Positions 18,911-23,108 of a DNA stretch of 23,108 nt are shown piece after piece. Source of the DNA: Archangiaceae bacterium (GTDB lineage: Bacteria; Myxococcota; Myxococcia; Myxococcales; Myxococcaceae); assembly GCA_043750125.1 (NCBI GenBank), contig JAYVCD010000135.1:1-23108 (forward strand), read 5' to 3'. The stretch's first letter is position 1, and each line of letters starts with the position of its first letter. The position numbers were made by a program, and so were the translations under genes. Below the pieces are notes generated by a model, which was not told the origin of the DNA, searched no databases, and saw nothing but the letters and a program-made list of their open reading frames with translations.

Positions 18911-20126
18911 GGGACTTGCTTGCGTCGGCGATTCCGACGGCCAGAATTCCCACCAGGGCCATCGAGAACGGCGCTTGAAATAGGGGGTCGTGGGCCAGTG
19001 AGAGCAGCACGAAGAAGGTGAGGGCTCCGAGAGTCAGCGGCGAATTCCAGCCGGCCCGCGCGATCCCCACCAACATCACCACGAACAGCAGTGCGCCCGG
19101 GATGCCAGTCTCCGCCGCGATCGAAAGCAGCTGCAGGTGCGACTTTCCGGCGTTGTCGGTGACCAACACCGGTGTCGCCGCATCGGCAAACTTCGCCGGC
19201 CGGAATTGGCCCGGGCCGACTCCGGAAATCGGGTGCTCTTGAACGGCGCGCCAGCCGGTCTCGAGCAGCTCGATTCGGTCTCCACTGCCTTCGGCGGTGA
19301 ACGACGCCGCGAAGCGTTCGCGCATCGCCGGGGTGAACCAGACAATCGAGCTGCCCACGATGCAGAAGCCGGCGGCGACCAGGGCGGCCTGGCGGGGGTA
19401 GGCCGAGGAGCGAACCAGGGTGACGGCCGCCGCGACGGTCATCGCCACCGCGGCCATCCGCGCATACGGAAACATCCACACCGCCAGGGCGCCCAGGCCC
19501 GCGACCGCGAACCACGAGCCCTTCGAGCCCGGCGCGCTTCGTGCGGCGATCACCATCGCGCAGATCACGCCCAGCGAAGTGACGTGCGCGAACTTCAGCC
19601 GGTGGAAGAGCATTCCCCCGCCCATGAAGCGGTCGGTGGTTCCCGGCACGAGCTCGTAGACCCGGTGAAACGGAAGCTGCGACCACTTGTACGGGTCGAA
19701 CGCGGACTCGACCGGCCACACCCCGAAGTGCTGCAATCCGGCCATCGCGCAGGACACCACCATCACTGCCGCGGCGAGGACCCCGGCGAGCAGGCGCAGC
19801 TGGGGCGCGGTCTGCCGCCAGGCGATGACGGCGAAGGGAAGGGCGAGCCAATCGAGGGTTCGCGCCACTCCCGAGCCGCTGGGCAGATGTCCTGCCAGGG
19901 TCGGCGCCAACAGCGACCAGCCGACGAAGGCGCCCACCGGCCACCACTGTCTACCGAGTCGCTCGGCGTCGCTTTTCTTCAGCGACAGCAGGGCGCCCAC
20001 GGCGGTCAAGCCCACTCCGGCCGAAGCCAGCCCTTCGAAGGTCTGCACCCCGACCGCCCACGCACCCATCCCCACAGCGCACAGCAACAGGGACATCAGG
20101 GTACGCGTGGAAACTGCCTCGGACAT
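18885..20126 (-). CDS. O-antigen ligase family (Wzy_C/WaaL-like) membrane protein
   Basis: Many hydrophobic segments; periplasmic loop S.DRI.L...GW.....HPISGVGPGQF and conserved H-x2-L.SIAAETGIPG. Its stop overlaps the add 3' end by 26 bp. Confidence 0.8.
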   Translation of the reverse strand: MSEAVSTRTLMSLLLCAVGMGAWAVGVQTFEGLASAGVGLTAVGALLSLKKSDAERLGRQWWPVGAFVGWSLLAPTLAGHLPSGSGVARTLDWLALPFAVIAWRQTAPQLRLLAGVLAAAVMVVSCAMAGLQHFGVWPVESAFDPYKWSQLPFHRVYELVPGTTDRFMGGGMLFHRLKFAHVTSLGVICAMVIAARSAPGSKGSWFAVAGLGALAVWMFPYARMAAVAMTVAAAVTLVRSSAYPRQAALVAAGFCIVGSSIVWFTPAMRERFAASFTAEGSGDRIELLETGWRAVQEHPISGVGPGQFRPAKFADAATPVLVTDNAGKSHLQLLSIAAETGIPGALLFVVMLVGIARAGWNSPLTLGALTFFVLLSLAHDPLFQAPFSMALVGILAVGIADASKSPTPEPSPR

Positions 20127-20341
20127 CTTTGGCCGCTCGTAGCACGGCTGATCCGAATCGGACCCCCTCCGATGTCCTTCTCGCGCGCCCGCCGGGGAGC
20201 CTCATAGCTTTCAAACAACGCTGCGACTTCGAGCCCCACTCGCCGCTCCTTTCACACCGTAAGGGCCGGGGTCTCGAAATCTGTCACCGCTCCTGGCGAT
20301 TCAGGGCACCCTCACCGCCCGTCTTCTTCCCGGAGTCTCTT

Positions 20342-21871
20342 TTGAGCCGACCCGCCCAGATTGTGATTTTTGGAGCTTCCGGAGATCTCACCTCGCGCAA
20401 GCTGATTCCTGCCCTGCTGCGCAACTTCGCCGAAGGAAGCTTCACCCACCCGGTGCAGGTCGTCGGCGTCTCGCGCACTGGCGCCACCACCGAGGCCTGG
20501 CGCGACGAGCTCGCCAAGGCGCTGCCTCCCGAGCTCAGAGAGGCCTGGGCCTCGTTCGCTCCTCATTTGCATTCGCTCAAAGCCGACCCCAGCGTGCCCG
20601 CCCAGCTCGCCGTGCTCGAGCAGCAGTTGGACGCGCTGATCGAAGGGCTCGAAGGCGGCAGCCGCACGCTCTCGGGTCGGCTGTTCTATCTCGCGTTGTC
20701 GCCCGAGCTGTTTGCTCCGGTGATTACGGCGCTGTCTGAACGACGGATGCTCACCAGCTCGCCCGAGGAACAAGAGGGCTGGCGGCGGGTCGTGATCGAG
20801 AAGCCCTTCGGGTCGGATCTCGCCTCGGCGCGGGCGCTCAACTTTCACCTGCTCACCCATCTGCGCGAGAGCCAGCTGTTCCGCATCGACCACTACCTGG
20901 GCAAAGAGACCGTGCAGAACATCCTCGCCCTGCGTTTTCAGAACTCGATCTTCGAGCCGTTGTGGAACCGCAAGCACATCGAGTCGGTCGAGATCTCGGT
21001 CTGCGAGACCGTCGCGATGGAAGGCCGCCGCGGCGCCTATTACGACAAGGCCGGCGCGATGCGCGACATGGTGCAGAACCATCTGCTCCAGATTCTCGCG
21101 CTGATCGCAATGGAGCCGCCCGGATCCTTAAAGCCCGACGCCGTCCGCAACGAGAAGGTGAAGGTCCTTCAGTCACTGCGGCCCTTCACCCCCGAGCGCG
21201 TCGCCCGCGACGTGGTCCTCGGTCAATACGAGGGCTATCTCGACGCCTTCGGAGTCGCCCCCCAGTCGAAGACCGAGACCTACGTCGCCATTCGCGCCCT
21301 GGTCGACAACTGGCGGTGGAGCGGGGTGCCCTTTCTGCTCCGCACCGGCAAGGCGCTCAACCAGCGCTTCACCGAGGTCGTCCTGCGCTTTCAGACTCCA
21401 CCCCTCGATCTGCTCAACGGACCCACGCCCGATGATTCCTGCGCCCTTCGGCCCAACGACCTGCGCCTGTTGATTCACCCCGATGAAGGGGTGCGCTTGT
21501 CCTTCCTCGTCAAGCAGCCCGGGCCCGGAATGGTGATGCGCAGCTCGAGCCTTGGCTTCGACTACTCGGAGCTCGAGCAGGGCGAGACCCCCGACGCGTA
21601 CCAGCGCCTCCTGCTCGACGCCATCAACGGCAACGCCACCTTGTTCTTGCGCGGCGATGAGGTCGAAGCCGCCTGGGCCTTCGTCGACGGGATCCGCGCC
21701 GGGGTGCTCGATTCTCGCGTTCTTCACTACCCCGTCGGAACCCGGGGGCCCGAGCAGGCGGACGATTTGTTTCGCGGCTGCGAGGGCGTCTGGAGCACCG
21801 GCGCCACGAGCAATCAGAACTTTCCCCAGCCGTCCGCCGTTCGGCCCCGTTCACGGCCCGCCCGTCAGTAG
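20342..21871 (+). CDS. zwf: Glucose-6-phosphate 1-dehydrogenase
   Basis: IFGASGDL..RKLIPAL, IEKPFG.DL.SA, RIDHYLGKETVQN, RDMVQNHLLQ, NWRWSGVPF.LRTGK. TTG start at 20342 after GGAG. Confidence 0.96.
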   Translation: MSRPAQIVIFGASGDLTSRKLIPALLRNFAEGSFTHPVQVVGVSRTGATTEAWRDELAKALPPELREAWASFAPHLHSLKADPSVPAQLAVLEQQLDALIEGLEGGSRTLSGRLFYLALSPELFAPVITALSERRMLTSSPEEQEGWRRVVIEKPFGSDLASARALNFHLLTHLRESQLFRIDHYLGKETVQNILALRFQNSIFEPLWNRKHIESVEISVCETVAMEGRRGAYYDKAGAMRDMVQNHLLQILALIAMEPPGSLKPDAVRNEKVKVLQSLRPFTPERVARDVVLGQYEGYLDAFGVAPQSKTETYVAIRALVDNWRWSGVPFLLRTGKALNQRFTEVVLRFQTPPLDLLNGPTPDDSCALRPNDLRLLIHPDEGVRLSFLVKQPGPGMVMRSSSLGFDYSELEQGETPDAYQRLLLDAINGNATLFLRGDEVEAAWAFVDGIRAGVLDSRVLHYPVGTRGPEQADDLFRGCEGVWSTGATSNQNFPQPSAVRPRSRPARQ

Positions 21872-22188
21872 GGGTGCTTTCGCGGCTTCCCTCGGTGCAC
21901 GTCCTCGCCCGACTCGGTTTCGCCTCGGCAACCGGTCGCTTCGGCCTCACGTCCGCGCTCGGGCCCAGCGGCAGCGATGCTCCGTCAGGCCCCCGGGCAT
22001 TGGCGGGGAAAGGGTTTGCCGCCCTTTGCGCCTTCGCGTCGGTGGCGTTCGCTTCCCCGCGTTCACCGGTGAGAAATGCCCTCACCGGTGTCATCCACCA
22101 TCGAATGCCGCGGGTAGCGCTCACCACCGGTGGTGGATCTCACCGGGTTGCCGCGCTTGACCCCGTTCAGCCCCTCAATCTGCCCGAC

Positions 22189-23108
22189 TTACGGAATCGC
22201 CGTCGTCAGCGAATAATTGACCGGGCTGAGTGTGAACGAATCGACCACGATGAAGAAGTCGCGCGCCGTCGTGCCGGTGTTCGTGAACGACAGTGTGTCA
22301 GCGCTCCCGGCACTACCCACGTCCGTGCCGACCTCGCACAACGGCTGACTGATGCAATTCGAGCCGGGTTGCGCAATCAAATAGAGCGAGGGGTCTCCGT
22401 TCGCATCCGGAGTCACAGTCACCGTCAATGTCTTCATTGCCGGAACGCTGATCGAATACACCCGATCTAAGCCAGGGTTGTTGTTGTAGGTCCCGCATTG
22501 GACCTTGTCGGGCATGTAGTCGTTGTGGAAGCCCATCGTCGTCTGGCCCGTCAGTGTTCCCGAAACCAAAATCGGAGTCGCACTGTTGCAAACGTCGCCA
22601 GGCCCACTGATGAACGGCGCCGCAGTAATGGTCAACTGCTGAACTCCCCCAGTGGTTGCCGAATAGCTGTCGACAAAGACGTAATAGGTCCCCGCGTCAG
22701 GTGTGCTGAAGAAAATCGATTCTCCTCCCGCAGCCGCGTCGTCAGCGCATGCGAGCTCCGCGCCCGTGGCGCAAGGCGAACTGCGCGCGAAGAGAACGGC
22801 GTCTGGCACCGAACCTCCATCCGTGACTGTGGTCACGGTTACGTCGCTCGCGCCCGCAACCGTGAAGCTGTAAACAAGATCTCGGCCCGCGACATCGAAA
22901 CCACAGCTGCTCTCGTATTCACCCAACGCAGCACTGTTGTCGACCGTCACCGTCGCGCTGCCGCCCACCAGAGTCAGCGCCATCGCCGTCGCGCACGTCT
23001 CATTCGAGCCAGCAACACCACCGCCCGTCCCGACTCCGCCGCCCGTCCCGACTCCGCCGCCCGTCCCGACTCCGCCGCCCGTCCCGACTCCGCCGCCCGT
23101 CCCGACTC
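22189..23108 (-). CDS. Probable surface/secreted protein with Gly-rich repeat linker and two PPC-like beta-sandwich repeats; 5' end off window
   Basis: Frame stays open from 22983 to the window end: (GVGTGG)n-GVAGSNETCATAMAL...; two internal repeats (N/G).(T/V)C..A...C...G.D.VYS..V......VT......D..L......C......C....D...........F......IVVDS(Y/F). Confidence 0.75.
   Translation of the reverse strand, partial: VGTGGGVGTGGGVGTGGGVGTGGGVGTGGGVAGSNETCATAMALTLVGGSATVTVDNSAALGEYESSCGFDVAGRDLVYSFTVAGASDVTVTTVTDGGSVPDAVLFARSSPCATGAELACADDAAAGGESIFFSTPDAGTYYVFVDSYSATTGGVQQLTITAAPFISGPGDVCNSATPILVSGTLTGQTTMGFHNDYMPDKVQCGTYNNNPGLDRVYSISVPAMKTLTVTVTPDANGDPSLYLIAQPGSNCISQPLCEVGTDVGSAGSADTLSFTNTGTTARDFFIVVDSFTLSPVNYSLTTAIP
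23021..23108. repeat. Perfect 18-bp tandem repeat CCGCCCGTCCCGACTCCG, at least 4.9 copies, truncated by window end
   Basis: Units at 23021, 23039, 23057, 23075 and 23093 (partial); encodes GVGTGG in frame on the minus strand. Confidence 0.95.

Noticed and set aside
21926..22030. GGCAAACC...GGTTGCCGA on the minus strand resembling a c-di-GMP-I riboswitch
   Set aside because: The GNRA-capped P2 and GACGCAAAG junction are not in the required order, and no gene starts downstream.
22064..22150. Possible retron msr/msd or CRISPR-like palindromic repeats
   Set aside because: No reverse transcriptase or cas gene in the window, and no regular repeat-spacer periodicity.
22155..22176. Minus-strand GGGGCTGAACGG resembling a tmRNA 5' end (also GGGGCTGATTC near 2078)
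   Set aside because: No following TTCGAC, no T-arm/CCA 3' end and no tag-peptide frame.
23021..23108. 18-bp repeats as CRISPR or iterons
   Set aside because: No spacers, and they encode an in-frame Gly-rich linker.

Overview
High-GC (~65%) bacterial chromosomal window, most consistent with a myxobacterium (inference from gene content and Gly-rich lipoproteins). It holds 16 protein genes, two truncated by the window edges: a Ski2-like DEAD/DEAH helicase, the glyoxylate shunt pair aceB-aceA, a 4x peptidoglycan-binding/M15-type peptidase, rimO, a secreted hypothetical, RNase J, an Ig-like/GHL10 lipoprotein, a PaaI thioesterase, a (GGS)n lipoprotein with a sigma-54-type promoter, an LpcC-like GT4, UvrD/PcrA, adenosine deaminase, an O-antigen-ligase-family protein, zwf, and a lower-GC protein with (GVGTGG)n and PPC-like repeats. 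No rRNA, tRNA, CRISPR, transposase, prophage or defence gene was recognised. The window is mostly housekeeping and I cannot demonstrate a new system. The best leads are three heavily base-paired intergenic segments (13354-13498, 14226-14294, 21926-22153), a recurring D-[AG]-G motif in Gly-tethered surface lipoproteins, and two candidate cell-wall-lytic enzymes. All folds and motifs were found by eye and need computational confirmation.
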